Part shown: positions 40,660 to 53,204 of the stretch, piece after piece
Numbering within the stretch: position 1 is the first letter of the stretch
Layout: each line of letters opens with the position of its first letter
From: Squalus acanthias
Taxonomy: Eukaryota
Length of the DNA stretch: 64,000 bases
Assembly: GCA_030390025.1 (NCBI GenBank)
Contig: CM059437.1
Location: 24,118,001-24,182,000, forward strand
Reading direction: 5' to 3'
Position numbers and translations under genes: made by a program
Notes under the pieces: generated by a model
What the model saw: only the letters and a program-made list of their open reading frames with translations
Database searches by the model: none
Told to the model about the DNA's origin: nothing

Positions 40660-42440
40660 ACACTGATCCTGCAAGTTTGTTAACAACAACACCTTGTACT
40701 TTGTCACAGTCTTCCTCAGTATTAATTATACTCCCCAATGTGGTGTCGCCTGCAAATTTTGATACTGTACTTCCGATTTCCGAGTCCAAATCATTTATGT
40801 AAACACTCAACAACAGTGGTCCTAGCACCGATCCCTGTGGAACACCACTTCCCACCTTCCTTTAGTCTAAGTAACTACCTTTAACCCCTGTTTCATAGCC
40901 AGTTAGCTATCCATTCTGCTACTTGCCCCCGGCTCCACATGCTCTTACCTTAGTCATGAGTCTACTATGTAGTACCTTATCGAAGGCCTTTTGGAAATCC
41001 AAGTATATTACATTCACTGCATTACCTATGTCTACTCTTTCTGTTACTTCAAAAAATTCAAGAAGATTGGTCAAGCATGATCTTCCCCTTTGAAATCTGT
41101 GCTGACTATTATAGTCTTATTATAGGTTTCTAGATGTTTTCTATTATATCTCTGGTAAAGATTCCATTATCTTTCTTACTACCAACGTTAAGCTGATTGG
41201 TCTATAGTTCCCTGGACTTTTTCTATCTCCCTTTTTAAAATATAGAAATAACATTACCCGGCACTATTCCCTTTTCTATTGAATTTTAATACATTTACCT
41301 CTGCTATCTCTTCCCTAGTTTCTTTTAGTATGCGCGGATGCAATCCACCCGGACCAGGCGTTTTATCTGCTCTAATTATGACTAGTTTATCAATTATCTC
41401 TCACCTTTCTATCTTAAATGTCCTGATATTTTTTTTAAATCTCTTTTTTAATGTCATGTGCATCACATAGAAACATAGAAACATAGAAACTAGGAGCAGG
41501 AGTAGGCCATTCGGCCCGTCGAGCCTGCTCCACCATTCAATACGATCATGGCTGATCATCCAAATCCAGTACCCTGTCCCTGCCCCTTCACACAGAATCC
41601 CCATCGAGCCTGCACCGACACATATCCCACCCTATCCCCGTAACCCCACATATTTAATTCCCCCTAACATATCCCATCCTATCCCTATAACCCCACATAT
41701 TTAATCCCCCCTAACACTAAGGGTCAATTTATCATAGCCAAATCACCTAACCCACACATTTTTGGACTGTGGGAGGAAACCGGAGCACCCGGAGGAAACC
41801 CACGCAGACACGGGGAGAATGTGCAAACTCCACACAGACAGTCACCCGAGGCCAGATTCGAACCCAGGTCTCTGGCGCTGTGAGGCACCATTGCTAACCA
41901 CTATGCCACCGTGTTGCCCTGGTGAAAACTGAGGCAAAGTAACTATTCAATATTTATGCCATTTCACTGTAATTACTTGTGAGTTTATCTTGTGCATCCC
42001 TTAATGGCCCTATCCCTATCTTAATTTTTCATTTGTTATTTATGTGTTTGTAGAAGACTTTACTATTTTTATATTCATTGATAATTTAATTTTGTAGTTC
42101 CTCTTTGCTGTCCTAATTTTTTTAAACTTTTTTCCTAACCTCTTCATATTCCCTTTTATCATCCTCTCCTTTTTTGTCCATGTACTTAGTGTATGTTTTT
42201 TTCTTTAGTTTCAGTTTTTCCCCTTTTTTCTTTATTCATCCATGATGTTTTATAATTGGTTAGTTTGTTCTTGCTTTTTAGCAGAATATATTTCCCCTGA
42301 ACACTCTCGCTTACCTTTTTAAAATAATTCTCACTGCTGTTCTATCTCTTTGTTTGTCAATTTAAAAAAAAAAGTTTATCCCTAATTCAATTCGCATCCC
42401 CTCAAAATTAACTTTTTTTTCTCAATCTATTACTTTAAAA
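40660..42440 (-). mobile_element. Old CR1 fragment interrupted at 41466-41919
   Basis: [20 protein letters not shown]; the body resumes at 41920. Confidence 0.8.
41466..41919 (-). mobile_element. HE1 SINE (41591-41919) joined to a CR1 3' end (41466-41590)
   Basis: HE1 head and V-domain, internal ~49-bp tandem duplication, then CR1 terminal stem and (ctatgttt)n tail. Confidence 0.82.
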
Positions 42441-42618
42441 AAAAAAGAGGAAATGCTATTTTTTAAATAGTATCTTTCAAAAGGGAATTAGGTACATACT
42501 TGAACAGGGGAAAAATTTGCCATGTTATGGGGAAAGAGCAGGGGAGTGGAACTAATTAGATAGCTCTTTCAAAGAGCCGGCACAAGCATGATTGGCTAAA
42601 TGGCTGTATGATTCTATG

Positions 42619-42740
42619 ACTATAGATCACCACTGACAAATATTAGTGGCAGACTGTAGAGCACTATTGGCAAATACTATTAGACTGTAGAGTGCTATTG
42701 ACAAATATTAATGGCAGACTATAGAGCACTATTGACAAAT
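42619..42740 (+). repeat. ~34-bp minisatellite, segment 2 (segment 3 at about 45198-45231)
   Basis: About four units gact(a/g)tagagcactattgacaaata..; a further unit follows the LINE tail. Confidence 0.75.
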
Positions 42741-45197
42741 TGAATGTACTCTGGGTGAGGGACTTCAATGTCCACCACCAAGAGTGGCTTGGTAGCACCA
42801 CTATTGACTGAACTGGCCGAGTCCTGAAGGACATAGCTGCCAGACTGGGCCTGCAGGAGGTGGTGAGAGAACCAACACAAGGGAAAAACCTACTTGACCT
42901 CATCTTCACCAATCTACCTGTCGCAGCTGCATCTGTCCATGACAGTATTGGTAGCAGTGACCACCACACAGTCCTTGTGGAGATGAAGTCCCGTCTTTAC
43001 ACTGAGGATACCCTCCATCGTGTTGTGTGGCACTACCACCTTGCTAAATGGGATCAATTCAGAACAGATCTAGCTGCTCAAAACTGGGCATCCATGAGGT
43101 GCTGTGGGCCATCAGCAGCAGCAGAATTGTATTCCACCACAATCTGTAACCTCATGGCCCAGCATATCCCTCACTCTATCATTAACATCAAGCCAGGCGA
43201 CCAACCGTGGTTCAATGAGGAGTGTAGAAGAGCATGCCAGGAGCAGCACCAGGTGTACCTAAAATAAGGTGCCAACGTGGGGAAGCTGCAACACAGGACT
43301 ACATGCACACTAAACAACGGAAGCAGCATGCAGAGATAAGCGATCCTACAATCAACAGATCAAATCAAAGCTCGCAGCCCTGCCACATCCAGTTGTGAAT
43401 GGTGGTGGACCATTAAACAACTGACTAGAGGAGGAGGCTCCATGAACATCCCCATCTTCAATGATGGCGGATCCCAGCTCGCAAGTGCAAAAGACAAGGC
43501 TGAAGCGTTTGCAACCATCTTCAGCCAGAAGTGCCAAGTGGATGATCCATCTCGACCTCCTCCTAAGGTCCCCACCATCACAGAAGCCAGTCTTCAGCCA
43601 ATTCGATTCACTCCACATGATATCAAGAAACGGCTGAGCGCAATGGATACAGCAAAGGCTATGGGCCACAACAACATCCCAGCTGTCGTGCTGCTCCAGA
43701 TCTTAAGCTGCGCCTCTAGCTAAGCTGTTCCAGCACAGCTTCAACACTGTCATCTACCCGACAATGTGGAAAACTGCCCAGGTATGTCCTGTCCAGAAAA
43801 AACAGGACAAATCGAATCCAGCCAATTACCGCCCCATTAGTCTAGTCTCAATCATCAGCAGCGTGTGATAGATGGTGTTGTTGACAGTACCATCAAGCGG
43901 CACTTACTCACCAATTACCTGCTCACATGTTCAGTTTGGGTTCCGCCAAGACCACCCAGCTCCAGACCTCATTATAGCCTTGGTCCAAACATGGACAAAA
44001 GAGCTGAATTCCAGAGGTGAGGCGAGAGTGACTGCCCTTGACATCAAGGCAACATTTGACTGAGTGTGGCATCAAGGAGCCCTAGTAAAATTGAAGTCAA
44101 TGGGAATTCAAGGAGGAAAACTTTCCACTGGCTGGAGTCATACCTAGCACAAAGGAAGATGGTTGTGGTTGTTGGAGGTCAATCATCTCAGCCCCAGGAC
44201 ATCGTTGCAGGAGTTCCTCAGGGCAGTGTCCTAGGCCCAACCATCTTCAGCTGCTTCATCAATGACCTTCCCTCCATCATAAGGTCAGAAGTGGGAATGT
44301 TCACTGATGATTGCACAGTGTTCAGTCCATTCGCAACTCCTCAGATAATGAAGCAGTCTATGCCCGTATGCAGCAAGACCTGGACGACATTCAGGCTTGG
44401 GCTGATAAGTGGCAAGTAACATTCGCGCCACACAAGTGCCAGGCAATGACTATCTCCAACAAAAGAGCATCTAACCACCGCCCCTTGACAGTCAATGGCA
44501 TTACCATCGCCAAATCCCCCACCATCAACATCCTGGGGGTCACCGTTGACCACAAACTTAACTGGACCAGCCACATAAATACTGTGGCTACAAGAGCAGG
44601 TCAGAGGCTGGATATTCTATGGCGAGTGTCTCACCTTCTGACTCCCCAAAGCTGTTCCACCATCTACAAGGCACAAGTCAGGAGTGTGATGGAATACTCT
44701 CCACTTGCCTGGATGAGTGCAGTTCCAACAACACTCAAGAAGCTCGACACCATCTAGGACAAAGCAGCCCACTTGATCGGCACCCCATCCACCACCTTAA
44801 AACATTCACTCCCTCCACCACTGGCCCACCATGGCTGCAGTGTGTACCATCTACAAGATACACTGCAGCAACTCGCCAAGACTTCTTCAACAGCACCTCC
44901 CAAACCCAACGACCTCTACCACCTAGAAGAACAAGGGCAGCAGGTGCATGGGAACATCATCACCTCCAAGTTTCCCTCCAAGTCACACACCATCCTGACT
45001 TGGAAATATATTGCCGATCCTTCATAGTCACTGGGTCAAAATCCTGGAACTCCCTCCCTAACAGCACTGTGGGAGTACCTTCACCACACGGACTGCAGCG
45101 GTTCAAGAAGGTGGCTCACCACCCCCTTCTCGAGGGCAATTAGGGATGGGCAATAAATGCTGCCAGTGACACCCACATCCCAGGAACTAATAAAAAA
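42741..45197 (+). mobile_element. CR1-clade LINE of a distinct family (EN, RT, 3' end)
   Basis: [53 protein letters not shown]; 3' end tagggatgggcaataaatgc...aataaaaaaaa. Confidence 0.9.
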
Positions 45198-46147
45198 AAT
45201 ACTAGTGACAGACTGTAGAGCACAACTGACGGATTTTTGTCAGCAGATCACTTGTCTGTTTGCAATTGATTTTCTTTTCCCCTCCTCAAGCATCTTCTCT
45301 TCTGGTGATGAGGGAATGGTCTGGAAATCTGCTTCCAGGCTGGCTCTACCAATGACACCCTGTAGTTACCTACATGAGAGGATCCTCAGACCAGTCTGGG
45401 GTGACAGGCTATTCAATTTATCCCTCCCGGTGGGAAAGCACGTGGCCTTCACTCAGTACCTCAGATGTGTTGGCGAGTTGTGACACGAACATGTGTCCTA
45501 CCACTTCATGGTATCACCCAATGACTGAAAATTCTCCTTTTCTAAATAGTTCTAAAATTCTTCTAAAATTCTATCAACAGCAGACATGATTTTTAGGCCT
45601 AATTGCCTTTTCCTGTTTCTAAAAATTCTTATAATTGAGAGCTGATATTAGATTTTGATGTTATAACTACGTTACCTATGCTTGTTATTTCACTGTTGTT
45701 TTTTTTTCTTTGTGCCAGATGGTCTTTATCACAGGACTTCAATATATTATGCACACAATAATATACTTGTGTATAATATATGCACTATACACAATGGAAA
45801 TCACATAATTGTGTATTATTCTACAGGCATCCCATTTCTATATGCGGTGTCATATACTAATAAATTGTAACATTGCTGAGAAATCTCAACATTGTATAAA
45901 TGTTATTTTAGTTTAACTGGTTTAATGTAGGTTTCACAGAGCTGCAGCAGTATCTGACACAATCCATGATGGTCTCTGACAAATGCCATGGTCATATTTT
46001 GGTCAGATTCACTGCAGTCCCATCAGATGTGGAAACACAGAGTCACGGGGTTATTTTCACTGTATTTAAAATAACTGCGTTCTGGTGGTATGCTGTGTTA
46101 CTTGTGCTTATTGGTGTATTCTCAAAATTTCTGTTTTATGGTTGTAG

Positions 46148-46253
46148 GTTTATTGCAACACCATTTGCTAAGTCTCTTGGAGTAGACTGTCGGCCAATTC
46201 AGAAGGCTCAGCAAAACATTGTTCTGGAAAAAGTGTTCAAAGATATAACTACG
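46148..46253 (+). CDS. Ceramide synthase exon 2
   Basis: 106 bp; tgtag and GTGAGA; FIATPFAKSLGVDCRPIQKAQQNIVLEKVFKDITT. Confidence 0.92.
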
Positions 46254-46452
46254 GTGAGATTATATTGACCGAGTCTTAGAACTAATTATTACAAAGAAGA
46301 ACTTACGTTAAATAAATATATTTGCAGCAAATGTTTACAAATATAGAAAATGAACTGTTTGTTTCTAAAATTAAGTGTCTCATTTTTCATAATACTCAGC
46401 AACAACAACTTGCATTTATATAGCTCTTTTTAATGTAGAAAAATGATCCAAA

Positions 46453-46919
46453 GAAAGAAAGACTTGCATTTATATAGCACCTTTCATGACCACCGGATGT
46501 CCCAAAGCGCTTTACAGCCAATGAAGTACTTTTGAAGTGTAGTCGCTGTTGTAATGTAGGCAACGCGGCAGCCAATTTGCGCACAGCAAGCTCCCACAAA
46601 CAGCAATGTGATAATGACCAGATAATCTGTTTTTGTTATGTTGTTTGAGGGATAAATATTGGCCAGGACACCGGGGATAACTCCCCTGCTCATCTTCGAA
46701 ATAGTGCCATAGGATCTTTTACGTCCGCCTGAGAGGGCAGATGGGGCCTCGGTTTAACGTCTCATCCGAAAGGCGGCACCTCTAACAGTGCAGCGCTCCC
46801 TCAGCACTGCTTTGGACTGTCAGCCTAGATTTTTGTGCTCAAGTCTCTGGAGTGGGACTTGAACCCACAACCTTCTGACTCTGAGGCGAGAGCGCTACCA
46901 ACTGAGCCACAGCTGACAC
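46453..46919 (-). mobile_element. DeuSINE (SacSINE1-like), full length, inserted in an L2 3' end
   Basis: Best-preserved copy; contains the intact site tttacag-ccaatgaag-tactttt. L2 pieces flank it at about 46399-46452 and 46920-47490. Confidence 0.88.
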
Positions 46920-47490
46920 TGAGAGATGTAATCAGACATAAAATGGACATCAGGCTAAAGAAGGAGATATTAGGAGGGGTGACCAAAAGTTTGGGAAAAG
47001 AGGTGGGTTTTAAGAAGGGTCTGAGAGGAAGAGGGCAGTGGAGGGGCTTAGGGAGGGAATTCCAGAGTGTGGGGCCTAGCTTGCTGAAGGCGTGGCCAAC
47101 AATGGTGGGGTGAAAGGAGGAAGTGATAGTCAGAAGAATGGAGAGTTTTGGGAGGGTTGGGGTAGTAGGGCTGGAGAAGGTTACAGAGATGGGGAGGGGT
47201 AAGGCCATGAAGGGATTTAAACACGTGAATGAGAATTTCAAATTTGAGGCATTGGGGAACCAGAAGCCAATTTCGGTCAGCAAGGGCAGGAGTGATGGGT
47301 GAACGGGACTTGATGTGGATAGGATATGGAGAGCAGAGTTTCGGATGAGCTGAAGATTACAGTTTGTGGAGGATGTGAGGTCAGGCAAGATAGCCTTAAA
47401 ATAATTGAGCCTGGAAGTGACAAAGTCATGGCTGAGTACTTCAGCAGCTGCTGCGCTGAGGCAGGGCGACGGTGGAAATGTTATGATGGC
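46920..47490 (-). mobile_element. L2 LINE fragment
   Basis: FVTSRLNY..IRNSA..GHAFSKLGPTLWNSLP. Confidence 0.8.
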
Positions 47491-48007
47491 TTCTGGTGAA
47501 ATCACCCATATATTTTATATGGTGAGGTGCAACTTTGTACCGGGTTTATTTTCCCTTGCTCAAAATCAGTGACTTTTTTTTAAGGATACTGCACTTCAAA
47601 TCTACTTTGAGACTTTCAGGTCAGTATTTTTAGTGGCTTGTTTTGAGTATATTTTTACCTTGCTGAACACCTGTGGTAATGAATTTCAAAATCACGAATG
47701 GCCGAATTGACATCTAGGAAAAGATCCTAGTTGACTCTATGGAGCTGCTTGCTGCACCCTTTGCTAAACAGCCTACCGTTGTATTAAAAATATGCTATGT
47801 CTCCATGAGGCTGCTGTAGGATTGTCACAAATCTGATTTCTCTTACCAGGTAGTAGAGCTTCCAACTTTCTTTGGTATAACAAAAGATAGTTATTATATC
47901 AAAGGACTACCGGTAGTTTACTATGCCTATTGGGAACTTGTAATCCAGAGAAATCATTTTCGATACTTATCATCAATTTTATGTGGTCATTTTTAATCAT
48001 CTTGTAG

Positions 48008-48138
48008 GAACCTGGCAAAAATCATCTGACTCGTTTGGCAAAACAGCTGGATTGGGATACAAAGAAAGTGATACAATGGTTCAAGCTGCGGCGATACCAG
48101 GACAAACCAAGTCAACTGACAAAGTTCTGCGAGAGCAT
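48008..48138 (+). CDS. Ceramide synthase exon 3 (Hox-like domain)
   Basis: 131 bp; tgtag and GTAACT; EPGKNHLTRLAKQLDWDTKKVIQWFKLRRYQDKPSQLTKFCESM. Frame not shown in the ORF track. Confidence 0.93.
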
Positions 48139-48379
48139 GTAACTGAATCTTGCCATACCACATTTTCTAATGTACAGTTCTGAGAACTCAAAAATATTCT
48201 GTTTTCTTCACCTGTGGCGAGTTGTTTTTTTTCCAGCAATTTCCCCATTTCATACCCCACCCGTGGCTGAGCGTGTGGGTGGATGACACTCCCAGATCCC
48301 TGCCAATGCCACTCTGCAAGCAGTCCCCAGGGGCTGCTATGTTTCTACTGCTGATTTCCTTTGCATCTGTGCTTCATTT

Positions 48380-48868
48380 GAATCATAGAAATTTACGGCA
48401 CAGAAGGAGGTCATTCGGCCCATCGTGTCTGTGCTGGCTGAAAAAGAGCTATCCAGCCTAAGCCCACTTTCCAGCTCTTGGTCCGTAGCCTTGTAGGTCA
48501 CGGCACTTCAAGTGCATATCCAAGTACTTTTTAATAGAGATGAGCGTTTCTGCTTCTACCACCCTTTCAGGCAGTGAGTTTCAGACCCCCACCACACTCT
48601 GGGTGAAAAAAGTTCACCTTTACTCCCCTCTAATCCTTCTACCAATTACTTTAAATCTTTTCCCCCTCGTTATTGACCTCTCTGCTAAAGGAAATAGGTT
48701 CTTCCTATCCACTCTATGCTCTTCATAATTTTATACACCTCAATTAAGTCTCCCCTCAGCCCCCTCCTGTTCCAAAGAAAACAACCCCAGCCTATCCAAT
48801 CTTTCCTCACAGCTAAAATTCTCCAGTCCTGGCAACATCCTCGTAAATCTCCTCTGTACTCTCTCTAG
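48380..48868 (-). mobile_element. CR1 3' part
   Basis: Typical 3' terminus and body (gggttgttttctttggaacag). Confidence 0.8.
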
Positions 48869-50051
48869 AATAAAATTTGTACAGATTGGGTCAGGATTTG
48901 GATTGACATAGATTGTTTTTCATATGAAGGTAGCATGGTGGAGACAAGTGTGTCCAAGTACTAGCATATGGCGCTCTCTGCACTTCTTGATCTCAGCAAT
49001 GCAGAGGTCAGAGATCTGAGGGAAGAATTGGGGGAAGAGTCCTGAATAGGCTCTGCTTGCACGCCTCCTAGCAGCTGGCCCGAGTGGTCATGACGAAAGC
49101 CTGGGAGCTGGTCATCCTTCCAGTGGGAGGTCCATGGCCAGGGAGGCGAAAGTGAAAGTAAAATTGTGGGGCTGGGTAGAGGTAGATGAAATTAGTGAGT
49201 TATTTAATGAGACGAAAATTTTACAAGTTTTTAATGAGACAGTTTTTATAAGGTCGCATTATGTAATGGCACCCAAACATTTGATGACCGCGTGGAAATT
49301 ATAGGTGTAGCAAAATCAAAACATTGGGTAGAAATTGGCCTTCATTGCACCCGTTTTATGGGTCTAAAATGGATGCAACGAGGCCCAATTTCAGGCACCA
49401 ACGTCCTGTGCCCCAAGGACACCTAAAAGTATCTGACCTGAAATTGGGTTGGGCCATTTTTCAAGCAGACCTGGCAGCCACCTAAAACAGGCATTACATC
49501 CCTTACATATGCAAATGTAGAGCTTAACGCCCGTCTCGGGTCCCCTCACAGATATTGGGTTGCGATGAGCGGGGCAGGTGTCAGGCCTGGCCCGCTCGGG
49601 ATTCTTCAGCAGCCTAAGCAGCAGCTGCCAACTAAAAAAAACATTTTTAAAACCTTCATGAGGAGCAAGAGTACTCCTCCCAATGCACAGCACTCCTGAC
49701 GGCCACGATCGGCCTCTCTCCCGTTGTTCTCTTTCCCCCCCCGCCCGTTGTTTACCTGAGGCCACTGCTGGCGAGGCAGACAGCTTGAAATTAGTTGCTG
49801 CAAAAGGACGAGCTGCCTGTGTAGGTGTGACACGCACCTGCTGCTCACCCACATTATTTAGATGAGGCCTGAGGCCCAATTTCAGGCCGGCCTCGGGCTT
49901 CCCATGCTGTGCAGCACCGGTTCAAAAACAGTATTAGTCGTCCAATATTAGTTCTAACTTGGCCAAGCTAAAAATTGAGTAGGCTAGAGAAGCTTAACCT
50001 TCCAGTACTGCCAGGATCTTCAGTTCTAAGCAGTGGGAGAACTACTGAGAC

Positions 50052-50425
50052 TAGGGTTGCCAACCCTCCAGGATTGCCCTGGAGTCTCCAGGAATTAAAG
50101 ACTAATCTGCAGGACACTGCTGTGAGCAACCCTGGAGAGAAATCATTGGGGCATTAAACATTTTCATTGAACACTTTTCTTTATTAGTTATAAAAAATAT
50201 CAGATATGGTGGGGTGGTGGGAGTCTGTTTGACTGACAGTCAAGAATCATCCATTGGGTATTGAATAGCCTATTCGTTTTCCAATCGGCATGGGAAGTTG
50301 GTGCATTGTGCGGATGGACGGGTTGGTTGACCAATGGCAGGAGTGTGGGAGAGGGTAGCGGTAGGAGGCAGGAGGTAATGTGGTGACACCTCCAGGAATA
50401 TGTCCAACCAGAGATGGCAACCCTA
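50052..50425. mobile_element. Non-autonomous hAT-type DNA transposon (MITE)
   Basis: TIRs tagggttgcca...tggcaacccta; perfect 8-bp TSD actgagac at 50044-50051 and 50426-50433. Confidence 0.85.
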
Positions 50426-50672
50426 ACTGAGACTGGCCAATACTGAGAACCGGTGCAATGCAGGTTACTCCATAGGATACTGAGTGAATACGCAATTAAT
50501 TTCCCGAGCTGTGGGTCTTTTCTATGGTAGTTTGTTATTTATAATAGCGAATAAACAACAGTGAGCAATAGTTTAATGTGGAAATAACAAACTCAAAGGC
50601 ATGCATTTAAAGAAAAATGTTTCTGTACAATGTTTCACTGTGTTAGTAAAGCTTTGATTTTTCTCCTTGTAG

Positions 50673-50730
50673 GTGGAAGTTCAGTTTCTATCTATGGGCC
50701 TTTTCATTCAGTTTTTATCACCTGTCAAAG
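50673..50730 (+). CDS. Ceramide synthase exon 4
   Basis: 58 bp; ttgtag and GTAAGG; WKFSFYLWAFSFSFYHLSK. Confidence 0.92.
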
Positions 50731-50869
50731 GTAAGGAAACAAATCAGTTTAATCCCAATTATTTAGCTTGGAACATGTACCGGCAATCGTTTGCCACATG
50801 TGTGGAAAATAGATTTTTCGGGGTCACGTAGAATTTGAATTTTTTTTAAATTTCCATGTCAGTTTTCTC

Positions 50870-51280
50870 CACTCTTGACCTCTCTTCTCTTGAAGGCGTT
50901 CGCTCCTTGCAGGTTCCACAGGCGCTGGTCGCCATCTGGTACCTCACTCAAGTGGCCATGATTGAAGGCTGAGCCTCGGTGGTGACTGTCAGCGAGCTGT
51001 TAGACTGCCAGGGGTATCACAGCTGAGTCTGATCATGTTTCGTTCAAGCTTCACATTCACAGCAGTAGTTGTTGGATGGCAATGAGAAGTGAGAACCCTG
51101 GCTGAATTCCCCCCCCCATCCCAATTTAGTAGCATTGAAGCCAGGTGTAGCCTTGCCCCATTCTGTTTCCCTGCCTGAGATCAGCTAACTCAGTGCAGAC
51201 CAGGGATCAAACCTGGGGTCTTGTTGGGCTGTGTGGCTTAGCAAAACTCACTAGATAAACTCACTTAAGCTCTCGGGGGA
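50870..51280 (-). mobile_element. Ancient SINE-like repeat (related pieces at about 31955-32170, 37420-37630, 38330-38520, 59150-59420)
   Basis: Recurrent motifs tgagatcagctaactcag, gtacctcac(c/t)caa, ggtatcacagc, ggatagcaat; B-box-like ggtttgatccc on the minus strand. Confidence 0.5.
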
Positions 51281-51632
51281 TCTTTGTTTCTGAAAGCTCT
51301 ATTTGCCCAGCGCAATTGCACAAATTTACAGATTCGTTAATCTATAATCGGTACCCAGTCTACAACTCCAGCACAAACATTTGTTTCTGGCAGCCTAATA
51401 CTCAGGAGCCAAACAGCCTAGCTGGGATTCTGCCAGATTATTTTGTGCCAGTGCTTAAACGTCGACTGTTGCAAACAGGGTGAGCATCAGTAGGATTTTC
51501 CGAAATCCTTGGGCAAGCTTGTTTAAGTCAGTGTCTGAAGTGTAAATCATTTTCTTTGCTCGGTCTTGTGATTAGTTTTAAAGTTGGTACTTCACTTGTT
51601 TTTCTTGCTAGGCACTAATCTTGTGTCTGAAT

Positions 51633-52958
51633 TCATAGAATCATAGAATGGTTACAGCACAGAAGGAGGCCATTTGGCCCGTCGAGCCCGTGCCGGCTCT
51701 CTGCAAGAGCACTTCAGCTAGTCCCACTCCCCCGCTCTTTCCCCATAGCCCTGCAACTTTTTTTTCCTTCAGGTACTTATCCAACTCCCTTTTGAAAGCC
51801 ACGATTGAGTCTGCCTCATCACCCTTTCAGGCAGTGCATTCCAGATCCTAACCAAACATTTTTCCTCATGTCGCCTTTGGTTCTTTTGCCAATCACCTTA
51901 AATCTGTGTCCTCTGGTTCTTAACCCTTCTGCCAATGGCAGCAACAGTTTCTCTCTATCTACTCGGTCTAGACCCCTCATGATTTTGAACACCTCTATCA
52001 AATCACCTCTCAACCTTCTCTGTTCCAAGGAGAACAACCCCAGCTTCTCTAGTCTACCCATGTAACTGAAGTCCCTCATCCCTGGAACCATTCTCGTAAA
52101 TCTTTTCTGCACCCTCTCTAAGACCTTTACATCCTTCCTAAAGTGCGGTGCCCAGAATTGGACACAATACTCCAGTTGAGGCCGAACCAGTGTTTTATAA
52201 AGGTTCATCATAACTTCCTTGCTTTTGTACTCTATGCCTCTGTTTATGAAGCCCACGATCCCGTATGCTTTTTTAATCGCTTTCTCAACCTGCCCTGCCA
52301 CCTACAACGATTTGTGCACATATACCCCCAGGTCTCTCTGTTCTTGCACCCCCTTTAGCATTGTACCTTTTAGTTTATATTGCTTCTCCTCGTTCTTCCT
52401 ACCAAAATGTATCATTTCGCACTTTTCTGCGTTAAATTTCATCTGCCACTTGTCCGCTCATTTCACCAGCCTGTCTTATGTCTTCTTGAAGTCTATCATC
52501 ATCCTCCTCACTGTTCACTATACTTTCAAGTTTTGTGTCACCTGCAAATTTTGAAATTGTGCCCTGTACACCCAAGTCCAAGTCATTAATATACATCAAG
52601 AAAAACAGTGGTCCTAGTACCGACCCCTGGGGAACACCACTGTATACCTTCCTCCAGTCCGAAAAACAACCGTTCACCACTACTCTCTGTTTCCTGTCAC
52701 TTAGCCAATTTCGTATCCATGCTGCCACTGTCACTTTTATTCCATGGACTTCAACTTTGCTGGCAAGCCTATTATGTGGCACTTTATCAAGCGCCTTTTG
52801 GTAGTCCATGTACACCACATCAACTGCATTGCCCTCATCAACCCTCTCTGTTACCTCATCAAAAAACTCGATCAAGTTAGTTAAACACGATTTGTCTTTA
52901 ACAAATCGTGCTGGCTTTCCTTAATTAATCCATACTTGTCCAAGTGATTGTTAATTCA
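51633..52958 (-). mobile_element. CR1 LINE fragment
   Basis: [38 protein letters not shown]; (ctatgatt)n tail. Confidence 0.92.
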
Positions 52959-53063
52959 TGTATGTATTTAGAAAAAAGTTCTCTATAAAAAGATTTTTTT
53001 TTTAATTGCTTTATCCTGCACGTATAATTTTTAAAATTTGTGTATACTTTTTTTTCCCCACAG

Positions 53064-53114
53064 AGTCCCTGGCTGTGGGATAGCAGAGAGTGCTGGTACA
53101 ACTATCCCTTTCAT
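53064..53114 (+). CDS. Ceramide synthase exon 5
   Basis: 51 bp; cccacag and GTGAGA; SPWLWDSRECWYNYPFH. Confidence 0.93.
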
Positions 53115-53204
53115 GTGAGAATTATTTTATTATGTCTTGATTAACATTAATGATGTGGTGGCACAACAATGCCTTTTGCACCCTGTGATCCCAGATAAAA
53201 ATAA

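Noticed and set aside
40570-42740. CRISPR-like ~34-bp repeats
   Set aside because: Units are contiguous and degenerate, with no unique spacers or cas genes, in vertebrate DNA; this is a minisatellite.
46850-46919. tRNA gene (also at the other SINE heads)
   Set aside because: The A/B boxes continue directly into SINE bodies; these are tRNA-derived heads.
49330-49890. 162-aa ORF and imperfect hairpins (similar element at about 6620-6950)
   Set aside because: No protein similarity recognised; probably a non-autonomous DNA element, but ends and TSD could not be defined.
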